Source: a virus (taxonomy: Duplodnaviria; Caudoviricetes). Taken from it: a stretch of DNA of 58,303 nucleotides. The notes under the pieces are model-generated. The model did no database searches. It worked only from the letters and a program-made list of their open reading frames with translations, and was not told the origin of the DNA. The DNA is taken from IMG/VR virus record IMGVR_UViG_3300003324_000049, positions 1 to 58,303 of that record, one strand, 5' to 3'. Below, one piece after another: positions 28,426-38,803 of this stretch; position 1 is the stretch's first letter, and each line of letters opens with the position of its first letter. Both the position numbers and the translations under genes were made by a program.

Positions 28426-28986
28426 TTAGCCTCTTGTATTGTGTTGAGCTTTACGCTGTTCATTAAGTTTGCGACGTTCGGCCATCATCTCAGCCTTACT
28501 ACGAGGCTTCTTATTACCGCCAGCCTCATTCTTAGCGCTATGCACTTTGATAAGGGTGAAGAGACGATTCAAATGCCAGGTTTCGCAATCTTTCCAAATC
28601 TTGTAGATCCCCATCCAGTAGTAAATCAACTCGGAGGTGATTGTCTCACGGCTTCGACGAGGCTGACCGGGCTGGGGCTTCTCATTAAACCAAGTGGCAG
28701 ACATCTTGGCATCGATGTAGTTATTAATCTTGGTAATGAGGTCGTTAGATAGTCTATTGACAATGTCCTCAGGAATATCCGGAGTAAGAATCATACAATA
28801 GATGTAGCTGAGAGTTTCTTCAATAGTTTTTTCATCGTTTCCGATGAAAGGTTTCTCCCAAATAGACTCCCATTTTGAAAGAGAGAGCAGAGAATGCTCG
28901 AGTTCCAAAGTGATCGGATCAGAGTAAACGAACTGATCGGTCCGTTCGTCGAACGATTCAGATCCTGGAATTGTAATCTTGAGCAT
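28426..28986 (-). CDS. Tail assembly chaperone-like protein
   Basis: Follows the major tail gene; start MLKITIPG after RBS GAAAGGAG. Confidence 0.7.
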   Translation of the reverse strand: MLKITIPGSESFDERTDQFVYSDPITLELEHSLLSLSKWESIWEKPFIGNDEKTIEETLSYIYCMILTPDIPEDIVNRLSNDLITKINNYIDAKMSATWFNEKPQPGQPRRSRETITSELIYYWMGIYKIWKDCETWHLNRLFTLIKVHSAKNEAGGNKKPRSKAEMMAERRKLNEQRKAQHNTRG

Positions 28987-29011
28987 TCCCTGCTCTCCTT
29001 TCTGGTATGGC

Positions 29012-29884
29012 TTAGACGAAGTCGAAGAACCAGTCGTTGTCGGTGACAGCCGGGAACCGGTAGCCCTCGGAAGGTTCTGCCGTAACAACGGTGTCGTCGG
29101 AGATCGTGACGGTACCCGTCTTCTTTACGCCGTCGATGTAGTAGTCGACGCCGGTGACAGCCGGAATGGTGATGACGTGAGTCGTCGGGTTGTAAGTCGG
29201 AGCCACCGGAGCAACCTCGATAGCCGTACCCTCAAGAAGAGCGATAACAGCTGCCGGGGAAGGCAGGGAAGCGCTTCCGCCACCGACCGTGCCGTAGAGG
29301 AGTTCCTCAAGAGCAGCCAGCTTGTCAGCCGGAACCTTGGTGGAATCCACAGTGATGGTGGAGGTCGGCTTGAGGCCGTTACCCACCTCAACCGGCGTGG
29401 TGCTCAGTTCCCAGCTGAAGGTAGCGGCTTCCGGCGAGTCATTGACCGTCGTGTAAGCCTTCTCCGTGGGAGCAGCAGTTGCGCCGTAGACGAGGTGGAT
29501 CTTGTAGCCGTAGTCCGTACCGTCGACATCATTACCGATGAGCGTCTGGTAGGAAAGACCAAAGGCCTTCCGACGCTGCTGACCGACGTACACGCCAGCC
29601 ACAGGGACAGCGGAGCCGTCGCACTCGGCGAACTCTTCGGGGTAGGTAAAGGCTTCAAGCGTTGCACCGAACTCTTCAGCAGAGATCAGGTTGACGTACA
29701 CCTTGTTGTTGGCGTACTGCTTGTTTGCCTCAGCGCCCGAGGGGCTTTCCGAAACGGAGACGAGGCCGTTCCATGCAAAGCCCTGGTCATAAGCACCGAC
29801 GTTGTTGGGGAGGTAGAGGACACCCTTATTGACACCCGTTTCAAAGGTGCGCTCGGTGACCTTATCCCACTGAAGAACAGTCAT
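29012..29884 (-). CDS. Major tail protein
   Basis: phi13-like tail tube motifs, C-terminal Ig-like extension, strong GC3 bias. Confidence 0.9.
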   Translation of the reverse strand: MTVLQWDKVTERTFETGVNKGVLYLPNNVGAYDQGFAWNGLVSVSESPSGAEANKQYANNKVYVNLISAEEFGATLEAFTYPEEFAECDGSAVPVAGVYVGQQRRKAFGLSYQTLIGNDVDGTDYGYKIHLVYGATAAPTEKAYTTVNDSPEAATFSWELSTTPVEVGNGLKPTSTITVDSTKVPADKLAALEELLYGTVGGGSASLPSPAAVIALLEGTAIEVAPVAPTYNPTTHVITIPAVTGVDYYIDGVKKTGTVTISDDTVVTAEPSEGYRFPAVTDNDWFFDFV

Positions 29885-29896
29885 GTTTTATTCCTC

Positions 29897-30211
29897 TCAG
29901 AAATAAAGGGAGTAGACTTGATGGTTAAGGTTACTTGCCTTGAAAGCTCGTGAAAAAGTACACGTCGGTAAGGCTGCGACTATATCGGGAATCACGGAAT
30001 CGGGATCGCCATCGATAACAGTCACTTGGTATTTCTTGATGCTTCGGTATGGAAGATTGTTTGCAAACGAAGTATCGACGTCATCCAACGAATAGATGAT
30101 GCATGGATACTCCATCATGTTTGCAGGCGGTTCCTGGAAGTAAGCTTTCTTAACTCCGGGAATTGCACTAAGCAGTGCCTGAAGCTCCAGCCTTTGGCCC
30201 ATTGTAAACAC
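29897..30211 (-). CDS. Tail terminator protein
   Basis: YFQEP....YPCIIY motif; lies before the major tail gene. Confidence 0.75.
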   Translation of the reverse strand: MFTMGQRLELQALLSAIPGVKKAYFQEPPANMMEYPCIIYSLDDVDTSFANNLPYRSIKKYQVTVIDGDPDSVIPDIVAALPTCTFSRAFKASNLNHQVYSLYF

Positions 30212-30509
30212 CTCCGAGACTCAAGATAAGGCGAGGTCGTTGGATCTCGACAGTGTCGACATTCCAATATTCGCCTTCGAACTTGACATACTTGATTTCC
30301 TTTATATGCTCGAAAGCATAGCGGTTACCAACTAAACTAAGAGTCGTGTTTACATCGACATCGTCATTGACTTTGTCAGAAGATTTGGACTGATAGATGT
30401 TGCGGGGGACGCTACCATAAAGTTTCTTCTCTATGATAGCGTCCTCCCACACTCCAGGTACCGTTTCTACAGTGTCTCCGAAACCGATTTCACCGTAGAA
30501 CCGTGCCAT
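30168..30509 (-). CDS. Head-tail adaptor/stopper
   Basis: Follows the capsid gene; W.V..VE...PRL.L.LGGVYNG. Confidence 0.7.
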   Translation of the reverse strand: MARFYGEIGFGDTVETVPGVWEDAIIEKKLYGSVPRNIYQSKSSDKVNDDVDVNTTLSLVGNRYAFEHIKEIKYVKFEGEYWNVDTVEIQRPRLILSLGGVYNGPKAGASGTA

Positions 30510-30522
30510 TTTGAAGCTTCAG

Positions 30523-32718
30523 CTACGCGGTGTAGGTGAAGGTCCAGTTACGAGTGGACAGCGGAGCCAGGTAGTAACCCGTGGTCGGCTCAGCCGATAC
30601 ATCCGTGGTCTCGGTGATCACGCGGTCACCTGCCGGTACAACAGCACCGTCGATCAGGTACTCAACACCGGTCTGAGACGGGATCGTCAGAGTGTTGGTT
30701 GCAGAGTCGAAGGACGGAGCCGTAGCGGTCACTTCGGTACCCTGATCGCGACGGATAACCAGAGCCGACTTGGGCTTGGTCAGAGCACCCGACATGCGGG
30801 TTTCCATCAGGTACTTGTACTGGTTGAAGTCGATGTCGAAGTCATCGAATGAGGTGATCTCGCCACCCTTGTTGGTACCGACCGTGTAGTCGATCAGGTT
30901 GACGATGATGCCGAGGAGCGTAGCGTCCTCACCCATCGGTTCGACGGGAACGATCTCCTTGACGCGGATCGCGGCGGCCAGAGCAGCCTCGGTCTCGTAC
31001 AGGCGGCGGCCCATCTTGTCCTTCAGCAGGAGCAGTTCGGTCAGAACTGCATCCGTGGTGTAGAAGGTCGGGGAGCCGGAGCCACGGTAGTTGGTACGAG
31101 CGCGGGTGATCTCGTCGATCATCACGTCCGGAGCAACGTTGGCTGCCAGCTGAACACGGTGAGCGTAGAGCTCGTGGTCGTTTGCGATGGAGCGGATACC
31201 GATACCATCGGTCTGGCCCTGCGGGTCCTTGATCTTGTCAGCGTGACCCACTGCACGACCGTCGCCGATAAGGATTGCGCGAGCGATTTCCTCGTTCAGC
31301 ATGAAGCGGATTTCCCACTTCAGCCAGGTGATGATGTCGATGTCGGTGATGTCGATGACGTCATCCCGGTCCAACTTCTGCTTCTTGTAGACAGTTGCCG
31401 GGGAGGTGGAGCGCTGCAGGAGGACGACAACTTCGTCCTTCTTCAGGGTGCCCTTGGTGTAACCCTTGGCACGAGCTTCCTCGGCGGTCAGGTCGGCGAG
31501 GATAGTCTTGACGCGAGCGAAGGGGGAGTGCTTCGTGGCGCCCAGAACCTTCTGAACCCATTCGGTCTGACGAGAGATGAGCTCCGGGGTCTGCGAGGAG
31601 ACACGAGCATCCGGGAAGAGGATGTCGATGTTCTCGATGCCGTAGTCAGCGTGCGCGAGCTGGAACTTGGCGAACGCCTTCTTGAAGGAGCCAGTGGACT
31701 GAGCGAGCTCGTTCAGTTCGATGACGTCGGAGTGGGAGAGCGTGTAACGGTCCTTGGTGGCGGTGCCGCCAGTAGCGCCGTTTTCAAATGCGTTGTAGGT
31801 CATGTCGGCAGAGCCTTCCTGATTGTGCTGGAGATTTTCAGAACCGTCGCCAGAATCGGCGTCGGAGTGTTCGGCTGAATCGTCTGAGTTATCATTCGAT
31901 TCGTTGGAGGTGTCGCTCGAGTCCTCACCATCATTTTCGACACCCTCTTTATCGAGGGCTTCGCCGATCAGTGTGTGGAATACGTCGAGCTGGGTAGGTG
32001 TCAGAGAATCGATAACCTCATCCACATCAATCTCTTCGTCCGTCTCTTCGGCATGAAGCACGACATCGCCGTCCTCTTCGTCAGAGTCGTCGCTGTGCTT
32101 CACAGAGCCAGAGGCAGCCTGAGAGACCAGTGCGTAGAGAACCGTCTTCTGCTTGGGTGACATACCGGCGAGGATTTCCGCAACGGTTTCACCTTCTTCG
32201 GAGTCGTCCTTCGTCTCAGAAGTTTCAGCATGGGAGAGAGTGAATTCTTCACCAGAGTAGATGATCGCTTCACCAATCATGGTGTCGGTACCATCTGCTG
32301 CGTGACGAAGATTGATGTCTTCAATTACAGCTCCCGAATTAGCACCCTTGTATACGAGGCTAACTTCACAGATATTGCCGTGAACAACATCGGCACCCAT
32401 CTGCTTGAGACGATTTGCAAAGATGGAGAGCATCTTTACATCGCCGTGACGGACAAGTTCCTTAGCATCCTTAGCAGCCTGGGTTTCATTGAAGAAAGCT
32501 TCAGTGTAAACTCCGTCTGCACGGTGGTAAAGAACCGCGTGACCCAAGACGTTGCTTGGTGTGTCGTGCTGATGCTGCCATACGAGGGGTACAACTGCCT
32601 GGTCCTGATGAACGAATGCGCCATGCTTGATCGTACGACCATCGGAGCACTCGATGTCGAACCGTGTAGCATAACCCGTAAAGTCAGGCCGTGTACTGGT
32701 TTCCGTGACTACTGTCAT
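30523..32718 (-). CDS. Prohead protease-scaffold-major capsid fusion (731 aa)
   Basis: HK97 protease motifs (FTGYA, PLVWQH.H, LSI, EVSLV..GAN), acidic linker, HK97-fold capsid region, C-terminal Ig-like domain. Confidence 0.9.
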   Translation of the reverse strand: MTVVTETSTRPDFTGYATRFDIECSDGRTIKHGAFVHQDQAVVPLVWQHQHDTPSNVLGHAVLYHRADGVYTEAFFNETQAAKDAKELVRHGDVKMLSIFANRLKQMGADVVHGNICEVSLVYKGANSGAVIEDINLRHAADGTDTMIGEAIIYSGEEFTLSHAETSETKDDSEEGETVAEILAGMSPKQKTVLYALVSQAASGSVKHSDDSDEEDGDVVLHAEETDEEIDVDEVIDSLTPTQLDVFHTLIGEALDKEGVENDGEDSSDTSNESNDNSDDSAEHSDADSGDGSENLQHNQEGSADMTYNAFENGATGGTATKDRYTLSHSDVIELNELAQSTGSFKKAFAKFQLAHADYGIENIDILFPDARVSSQTPELISRQTEWVQKVLGATKHSPFARVKTILADLTAEEARAKGYTKGTLKKDEVVVLLQRSTSPATVYKKQKLDRDDVIDITDIDIITWLKWEIRFMLNEEIARAILIGDGRAVGHADKIKDPQGQTDGIGIRSIANDHELYAHRVQLAANVAPDVMIDEITRARTNYRGSGSPTFYTTDAVLTELLLLKDKMGRRLYETEAALAAAIRVKEIVPVEPMGEDATLLGIIVNLIDYTVGTNKGGEITSFDDFDIDFNQYKYLMETRMSGALTKPKSALVIRRDQGTEVTATAPSFDSATNTLTIPSQTGVEYLIDGAVVPAGDRVITETTDVSAEPTTGYYLAPLSTRNWTFTYTA

Positions 32719-33988
32719 TTTGAAGGTTCTCCTTCCTTTCTTGAGTTGTTTCCGATGGTGGCGAAGAGCCTTTTACCTTGCCGACATTATCCTCGTTCGG
32801 CATGTTCGAGTTCTGCAGCTTGTCGGCTTTCGCTTCTGTAGATGGCTTGAACCCGATAGCGGCACGAATTTCATTACTGGTAACAATCTCATTACGAGAA
32901 AGTTTATCGGCAATATCGGCAATGTCGATAAGACTGGCATTCTTAAATGGGTCCCGATAGAACCGAATTGCCTGTCCTTGTGCACGAGCAGTCTTAGATA
33001 GGAACTTTCGCTCCATACCTTCAGAAATAGCTGTGAGAATTGGCTCAACTGTACGGTTGTTGTAGTTGATCAACATCTTTTCATCAGCAGTACCTTCGAA
33101 GACATCCTTCGTGATACCCAGCTGTGAGTACAACTGCTTGGTTAGGAATTCGACCTGTGCCAGCATGTTGTTCTCAGCAGGACGGTTTAGCTGTGTAATC
33201 TTCTCGGTGGCATCTGCATAAGCAACACCATACTTCGAGTTATACAACTGCTCTTCCATGTCCTGTCGACGAGCAGCGGCCTGCTGCTTACGAGATTCAG
33301 ACTTAACTACATAAGGAAGCTGGATAATGATGTCCAGTTTTCCAGAACCAGCCTGTTCATCGATCGCATCGAGGAGGCTGAGCTTACGGGTCAAACGCTT
33401 CAGTGTCGAGTTATCGTCGTTCATCACGGCATAGAGAGGATTCTCAATGATCGCTACTTGACGCTTTGGAAGCGTGAGTTCTTCCCTGTTACCCGTCTTC
33501 TGGTTATAAACCAAAACACGAACATGATCGGGAAACCATGCCACAACTTCACCAACACGCAGTGTTTGGATTTCGTAAGCCATTGATACAGCGGGATCAT
33601 CGGTAGCTTCCATGATGCATACAGCAGCAACACCCTTATCAAAGAGTGTCATTGCGATATTTTGTCGGAATGCACGAGCTCCTTGGTCGAGGTTAGCTTC
33701 AAAAGTAAGACAGTCGTTAAGACCACCTTTCATTTTTTCTTTGAAGCGACCCTCGTCATCCAATCGAACATGTTGAATTGGAATTGCTGCAACGTCAATG
33801 GCAATCTGATTGTAGATAGACGTGATAACCGTCTTATCCCCTGAGAATCCAAATCTTCCAACACTTGGATTACGACCAAAGTTTGCACTAGTTCCCCAAG
33901 ATTGATATCGAGTTGTTTCCTCTTTATCAAATGGACTATAGCTTGCTGCGTGAGCGATGAAATCTTTAACCTGTTGCATAAACCCCAT
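32684..33988 (-). CDS. Portal protein
   Basis: IAIDVA.IPI and T.NE.R..G motifs; lies between terminase and capsid. Confidence 0.9.
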   Translation of the reverse strand: MGFMQQVKDFIAHAASYSPFDKEETTRYQSWGTSANFGRNPSVGRFGFSGDKTVITSIYNQIAIDVAAIPIQHVRLDDEGRFKEKMKGGLNDCLTFEANLDQGARAFRQNIAMTLFDKGVAAVCIMEATDDPAVSMAYEIQTLRVGEVVAWFPDHVRVLVYNQKTGNREELTLPKRQVAIIENPLYAVMNDDNSTLKRLTRKLSLLDAIDEQAGSGKLDIIIQLPYVVKSESRKQQAAARRQDMEEQLYNSKYGVAYADATEKITQLNRPAENNMLAQVEFLTKQLYSQLGITKDVFEGTADEKMLINYNNRTVEPILTAISEGMERKFLSKTARAQGQAIRFYRDPFKNASLIDIADIADKLSRNEIVTSNEIRAAIGFKPSTEAKADKLQNSNMPNEDNVGKVKGSSPPSETTQERKENLQNDSSHGNQYTA

Positions 33989-34023
33989 AAGTTTTCACCC
34001 CCTCTCATTTTTATAGTGTAGAC

Positions 34024-34446
34024 TCATTTTTTACCCATAGTGTCCGTAACTGCGAATTTGTCACCACGAAGAAGATGCAGATATTGTTTACCTGCGTCTT
34101 TATGCTTCGGGCTGAGATCGCTTACCTTAACACCCTGAAAGTGCTGAGCCATTTTCAGCTCCCACTTACGAGCCTTCTCATTGTATTTTGTGCTCTTGTA
34201 GGAGAGTCGCATACCCTTTCGGATCTTACGGAAATTTCCCCACTTCGAGCCCTTGTACTGAAGCTTGGCACCGCGTTTAGCAAGCTTACTGGCTTTCTTA
34301 TCCAGACGGATTGCTTTTTTAGAAGCACGAGCAAATGTCCGAGAGGCATTACCCCTTCGAACACCCCACTTCATTCCCTTAACGCCAATATGGGCAAGGA
34401 ACTCATCGACTTTATCAGGTTCGTCGACGTTTAAATCGTCGCTCAT
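34024..34446 (-). CDS. Basic protein with LAHxGVKGMKWG motif
   Basis: EFLAHIGVKGMKWGVRR; Lys/Arg-rich. Confidence 0.8.
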   Translation of the reverse strand: MSDDLNVDEPDKVDEFLAHIGVKGMKWGVRRGNASRTFARASKKAIRLDKKASKLAKRGAKLQYKGSKWGNFRKIRKGMRLSYKSTKYNEKARKWELKMAQHFQGVKVSDLSPKHKDAGKQYLHLLRGDKFAVTDTMGKK

Positions 34447-36212
34447 TCAAATGCCTCCTTATTGGCTTTGTATGCTATGTAGGCATCCATCATGGCGGCC
34501 ACATTGTCAATCTTCTGATCTTGACGTTTCTTCAAAAGTTTACGGTTACCATTGGTGTCTTCCATCGTAATGGCGTTACCCATAGCAAACTGCATAAGAA
34601 GTTGATCGAAGATGAGCATACGTTGCTCACTCAGCTGCTTCAGTTCACCAAGAGGAACAGATTCAGTTCGAGCACCCTGAGGAACTTTCTCAATTCCAAA
34701 AGGTCCATTGTCTTGCTCCCACCTACTTACAAATTCTTTAGCATTGTAAGGGTCGAAACCGAAAGCTCGAACATCGAAGCCATTCTTCTCAATGAAAGCA
34801 TCGAGGTCATCGTAGACAGCCATCATGTCGAGGACTGTGCCCTCAAGAACGTGAAGGCTACCCTCTTGAATAAACTCTTCATACTTTGCTCGAGCAGCTG
34901 CCGGAAGCTTCATATGAGTGTTTTGGGAGATGTAACTTCGGGTTATGATTCCGAATGTTCCATTAGGGCGAGGAAACATGAAAGTGAAGGCACAGAAGTC
35001 ATCACCCTGTGAAAGGTCGGCTCCCAAAGCACAAGGTAGTTGCCAGAAACGTGGTACACGCTTATGAGGCTCAGTCTCTTCGTAAGTGAAGAAGTACGTA
35101 TAGCCTTCCATGGGAATTCCGAAACGCTTAGCCAGGATATCGTTCCGTGATGAAGGTGAAGCTTCAATTCGTTCGACATCTCGCTGGTAAGTTTCATAGG
35201 TGACGGTCTGTCCGATGTTGGGTTGGGCCTTGGGCCACATCGCAGGTTCAGTGACTTCCTCCAATTCATCAAGCCGGTAGTGCCAGATTGAAATGTGAGG
35301 CATATCGAATTCGCCCTTGAGAATGCCAGCTAGTTCCATTTTGATAGTGTCACCACTACCGTTACGAACGGTACCCTCAGAGCTGATCGCCACAATCAGG
35401 TAGTCGTCCAATTTGGACGCACCCTGTTCAATAGCACCTACTACGTCTTCACGAACGTCCCCAGACAGCCATTCGTCAACTGTAGAGATCTTCGGACGAA
35501 GACCCTGCAGCTTGTCCACCTTCATTGGGCGAACCTCGAGTAGAGAACCCGTTAGGAAGTTCTCGATACCCTTCTTGGTCGAAGCGAGTTTGACTCGATT
35601 CATCTTGTTTCCCGTGGTGTTCTGAAGAGACCCCTCAGTGAGGAACTTGAACAATGGACCACGAGCGCGAGTAATCGCGGTTCTAAATGGAGACATCACT
35701 TCATCAGCCTGCTTCATGGTTGGAGCAGTTGTGATTTGGTGAGATGTAGAGGTGTCCACATTCAGAAAGTAGCTTTGGATGCACTCAGCATACATGGACT
35801 TGGCAGCACCACGAGCTACGATCAGATACTGCTTGACAGTAAGCCGCTTCTTAATAGTTTTCTGGACATAACGACCACCGTAGTTGTCAGGGGAGGGTTC
35901 GTAAACACTCCGCTCTACAAAGTAGTACCAACCGAAGATCTGTTCAGCCCAAAGTTTGAAGCTATCCAGAAGGTGGAGGTCTGTCCCGTCCGTTAGAGTG
36001 AGCTCATTCTCGCAATACTTGATGAAGCCGTTGATAGCCAAATCATCATAGTAGAAACGAGGGTCGGCGATGAGTGCGTCAATCCGATTCATCTCGGCAC
36101 TGATCTCTTTACATACGGGGATTTCTCCGTTGAGAACTCTCTCACGGAATCTCCCATAATAAATTGGTGTTGCAGTGTTAGACAGAGCCAAAGCCGACCC
36201 TCCTTTCATCAC
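34443..36212 (-). CDS. terL: Terminase large subunit
   Basis: Walker A VARGAAKS, Walker B STVDE, nuclease GADLS, FDPY and KIDNVAAMMDA. Confidence 0.93.
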   Translation of the reverse strand: MMKGGSALALSNTATPIYYGRFRERVLNGEIPVCKEISAEMNRIDALIADPRFYYDDLAINGFIKYCENELTLTDGTDLHLLDSFKLWAEQIFGWYYFVERSVYEPSPDNYGGRYVQKTIKKRLTVKQYLIVARGAAKSMYAECIQSYFLNVDTSTSHQITTAPTMKQADEVMSPFRTAITRARGPLFKFLTEGSLQNTTGNKMNRVKLASTKKGIENFLTGSLLEVRPMKVDKLQGLRPKISTVDEWLSGDVREDVVGAIEQGASKLDDYLIVAISSEGTVRNGSGDTIKMELAGILKGEFDMPHISIWHYRLDELEEVTEPAMWPKAQPNIGQTVTYETYQRDVERIEASPSSRNDILAKRFGIPMEGYTYFFTYEETEPHKRVPRFWQLPCALGADLSQGDDFCAFTFMFPRPNGTFGIITRSYISQNTHMKLPAAARAKYEEFIQEGSLHVLEGTVLDMMAVYDDLDAFIEKNGFDVRAFGFDPYNAKEFVSRWEQDNGPFGIEKVPQGARTESVPLGELKQLSEQRMLIFDQLLMQFAMGNAITMEDTNGNRKLLKKRQDQKIDNVAAMMDAYIAYKANKEAFE

Positions 36213-36730
36213 TAGAGTTTTACTGTAGTTTGTGCACGAGGCGTGAACTTTACAGTTGGTCGAGCAGACCCGCCAGATGCCTTAGAGATAGCTGCTTCGA
36301 TGGCCATTTGCGCACCAACTTTAGCAGCTTCTTTACCGGCGGTCTTAGCAGCGTCTTTCAGACCTTCTTTAAGGGCGTTCTCAATCTTCTGATTGAGATA
36401 CGTCTTTGCTTGCTTCCGACTGACGTCGCCAACATCTTTGAGTAGAGCTGTAACGATCTTTTTACCGTTACTAATCTCAGGCTCAGTAAGTTTGAGGTAT
36501 TCCTTCTCAAGCTTAAGTCGATTGATTGCAGACTTCAGCTCATCGTCAGTCATCTTCTTGACATCTGGCTTCGCCGGTTTAGAGGTAGAGCCATCAGAAC
36601 CTTCAGAGTCTGATGAGGTTTGCTTTTTACGCTTACCCCACCGCATTCCTTTTACTCCAAAGTGAGCAAGCTCGTCCTCGTCCAGAATTACTCCGTGGTC
36701 ACCGAGGATGTCGCTAGCGCTTCTGCCCAT
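36212..36730 (-). CDS. Protein with LAHxGVKGMRWG motif
   Basis: DELAHFGVKGMRWGKRK; MTDDEL...INRL.LE helical repeat. Confidence 0.8.
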   Translation of the reverse strand: MGRSASDILGDHGVILDEDELAHFGVKGMRWGKRKKQTSSDSEGSDGSTSKPAKPDVKKMTDDELKSAINRLKLEKEYLKLTEPEISNGKKIVTALLKDVGDVSRKQAKTYLNQKIENALKEGLKDAAKTAGKEAAKVGAQMAIEAAISKASGGSARPTVKFTPRAQTTVKL

Positions 36731-37068
36731 TTCACCCCTTCCATATGAACATTAAGACGCCATTCCATCTGACCTGCCTGTCGCTCCATGGCTTCAGCCA
36801 AAGGACCAGTTTGTGGCGGGTCAAATATGAGTCGCACCTTCAAACCCATGTAGGTTTTGACGGCAGCGAGATATTGATCTCCAATAAACTCACTCCACTT
36901 GTTCTCACGACCAGTAATCTGATAGCCGATTTCAGGACCGACGCCCAATTGCTGGAGAACAAAGAAGGTTGAGTTAATATGAAGGATTAGTTCCTCGTCA
37001 GCATCAGTATCTTCAGGATCTAGAAAGACCTGTCGCTTTACTGTGTCGAGAATGCTGTCGTTATCCAT
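36688..37068 (-). CDS. Head-tail connector-like protein
   Basis: SIL.TVK...D.EL..HINS.F..L.QLGVGP...LIFDPP...EWRL pattern. Confidence 0.65.
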   Translation of the reverse strand: MDNDSILDTVKRQVFLDPEDTDADEELILHINSTFFVLQQLGVGPEIGYQITGRENKWSEFIGDQYLAAVKTYMGLKVRLIFDPPQTGPLAEAMERQAGQMEWRLNVHMEGVKWAEALATSSVTTE

Positions 37069-37225
37069 ACCCTACTCCAAAAAGTCTGAGGATCGGATCA
37101 GCTAGACGATGGATCGCGAGAATGAACATAGCTACCCAGATACCAAAAATACCAAGAATGGCACTGATGATACCTAGGAGCAGAACACCTCCCAGGAAAT
37201 GATCCTGGATGAAGCGTGTAACCAT
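37061..37225 (-). CDS. Small membrane protein (54 aa) directly after the endolysin
   Basis: Manual translation MVTRFIQDHFLGGVLLLGIISAILGIFGIWVAMFILAI... Confidence 0.6.
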   Translation of the reverse strand: MVTRFIQDHFLGGVLLLGIISAILGIFGIWVAMFILAIHRLADPILRLFGVGYG

Positions 37226-37229
37226 CTAG

Positions 37230-37967
37230 TTAGCCAGCGGACGGAGGAATCGGCTTGTCGTTGACGGTGATGTCAACATCGACGACAGCCTCTTCCATAC
37301 CCTTGCGGACTGCAGCGGCAATCTGGTCAGCGTCGAGGTTCGGGTTCTTTGCAAGCTGCGCAACGAGACCAGAAAGTGCAATGACCTGCTTACGGATAAG
37401 AACGACCTCGGTCTTGAAGGAATGCGAACCGCCGTGAACGACAGTCTGCTCCATGACCTTGTTGGGTACAGCAGAAACAGGCGCATCGAGATAGCGTTCA
37501 ATGCGATCGAGAGCCTGTGAAGCGGTGAGTGCCATAAGGAAATCATCTGCTTTCGTGGTAGTGGTGGATTCGACGTTGATTGTTGAGTTTCCGACTACGG
37601 CATATGAGGCGACGTCTTCCGTCCATCCTCGATACCGAAGGGTCATTCCGTAATATGCGTAGAAAGACTCAAGAGCTTCCAAGCTATCGTGAATAACCGG
37701 CCATCCCGAGTAATCCGAAGTGGAATATACCTTGCCCTCGGGAGAACGCAGCACGACATGACCAAGAGGTTCCTGATCGATGCCATACCAGACGGGAAGC
37801 CATAGACCTGGAGGGAAGTTTCGATCCCGATGCTGGGACTTCGACATATTCCAAGCTTCAGTGGCACTTCCATACTTGATGGGGAGGCGAAATGCTTCTC
37901 GAACATACTGCAAGCACCATCCACCAACACATGGAATCATGGGAACAGGGTTAACAAGCTGTTTCAT
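37230..37967 (-). CDS. Endolysin (CHAP/NlpC-like cysteine peptidase N-domain)
   Basis: GWCLQYVREAF...SATEAW...GHVV catalytic Cys/His pattern. Confidence 0.75.
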   Translation of the reverse strand: MKQLVNPVPMIPCVGGWCLQYVREAFRLPIKYGSATEAWNMSKSQHRDRNFPPGLWLPVWYGIDQEPLGHVVLRSPEGKVYSTSDYSGWPVIHDSLEALESFYAYYGMTLRYRGWTEDVASYAVVGNSTINVESTTTTKADDFLMALTASQALDRIERYLDAPVSAVPNKVMEQTVVHGGSHSFKTEVVLIRKQVIALSGLVAQLAKNPNLDADQIAAAVRKGMEEAVVDVDITVNDKPIPPSAG

Positions 37968-37977
37968 GAAGACCTTT

Positions 37978-38448
37978 CTAACTAGCGAGTTTTAGTAGTG
38001 GTTTACTCCACAGTCGCGTGTCTCCAGGTCGACGTTCCGGAAGGGGAAGCGCTAACAGACTTTTATCACCGTAGTGAATTGCGTTGTGGGTTCGGTGTGT
38101 GACGGTTATGAGATACTCCGGGTTAAGAATATCCACGTTGCCGCGAATCAGATCCTTAGGAGCCATGGGATTCATATGATGAATGATGGGGCGTTGAAAT
38201 ATGTCGTAACCGTCGACACCCATATCGCAACTCAGATCTCGAGTTAGGACTTCATCTCGGATAAGACGCCATTCTCTTGAAGTATAGAACTTCTGATTGA
38301 GATGGCGTTCGAAACCGAAGGTGGATTCGCCGACTACACCTTTAATGCTTAGATAGTTGAATCGTTCTTCAAAAGATTCAAGCTTAGCTAGCTCAGTATA
38401 CGTTCGGATCACCATCAGTCTCCGTCTCTTGATGTCCTCCATAGCCAC
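37978..38448 (-). CDS. HNH endonuclease (packaging-associated)
   Basis: FY.S.EW...R..V..RD, IHHMNP, L......HNAIH. Confidence 0.85.
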   Translation of the reverse strand: MAMEDIKRRRLMVIRTYTELAKLESFEERFNYLSIKGVVGESTFGFERHLNQKFYTSREWRLIRDEVLTRDLSCDMGVDGYDIFQRPIIHHMNPMAPKDLIRGNVDILNPEYLITVTHRTHNAIHYGDKSLLALPLPERRPGDTRLWSKPLLKLAS

Positions 38449-38803
38449 GCATAGCAGCCATTGCTTCTATGTAAAGACTCTTCATCTCTTCGACGTTAGC
38501 AAGGTCCTTAACCTTTGCCTCGACAAGGAGAGTTTCCTGCTTCTGCTTCTGAAGCTCCACCTTTTCACGAGTAGAGCCTACTTTAAGGAAGTGGACGATT
38601 ACCTGTGACGAGGCAGTACCTTCACGAAACTGTCTTTCAGCCAAGTCGTAAGCCATAGCTGCCAACTGAGCTTCCCGTGCCTCGGGACTTCTTGCTCGCG
38701 GGAGTCGTTTAAGAGGTTTCTCTTCTTCAACGATCTCGGAGTCATAGACTTTGCGAGCTCTTTCAAGTGGGGGAGGCTCGATACGTTTGCGTGGGCCTGT
38801 CAA
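38393..38803 (-). CDS. Conserved helical protein, possible terminase small subunit
   Basis: Size, helical content and position upstream of the HNH and terL genes. Confidence 0.5.
   Translation of the reverse strand: MTGPRKRIEPPPLERARKVYDSEIVEEEKPLKRLPRARSPEAREAQLAAMAYDLAERQFREGTASSQVIVHFLKVGSTREKVELQKQKQETLLVEAKVKDLANVEEMKSLYIEAMAAMRGYGGHQETETDGDPNVY

Noticed and set aside
28426-28986. Programmed frameshift in the tail chaperone
   Set aside because: No convincing slippery site with an overlapping second ORF leading to the tape measure gene was identified
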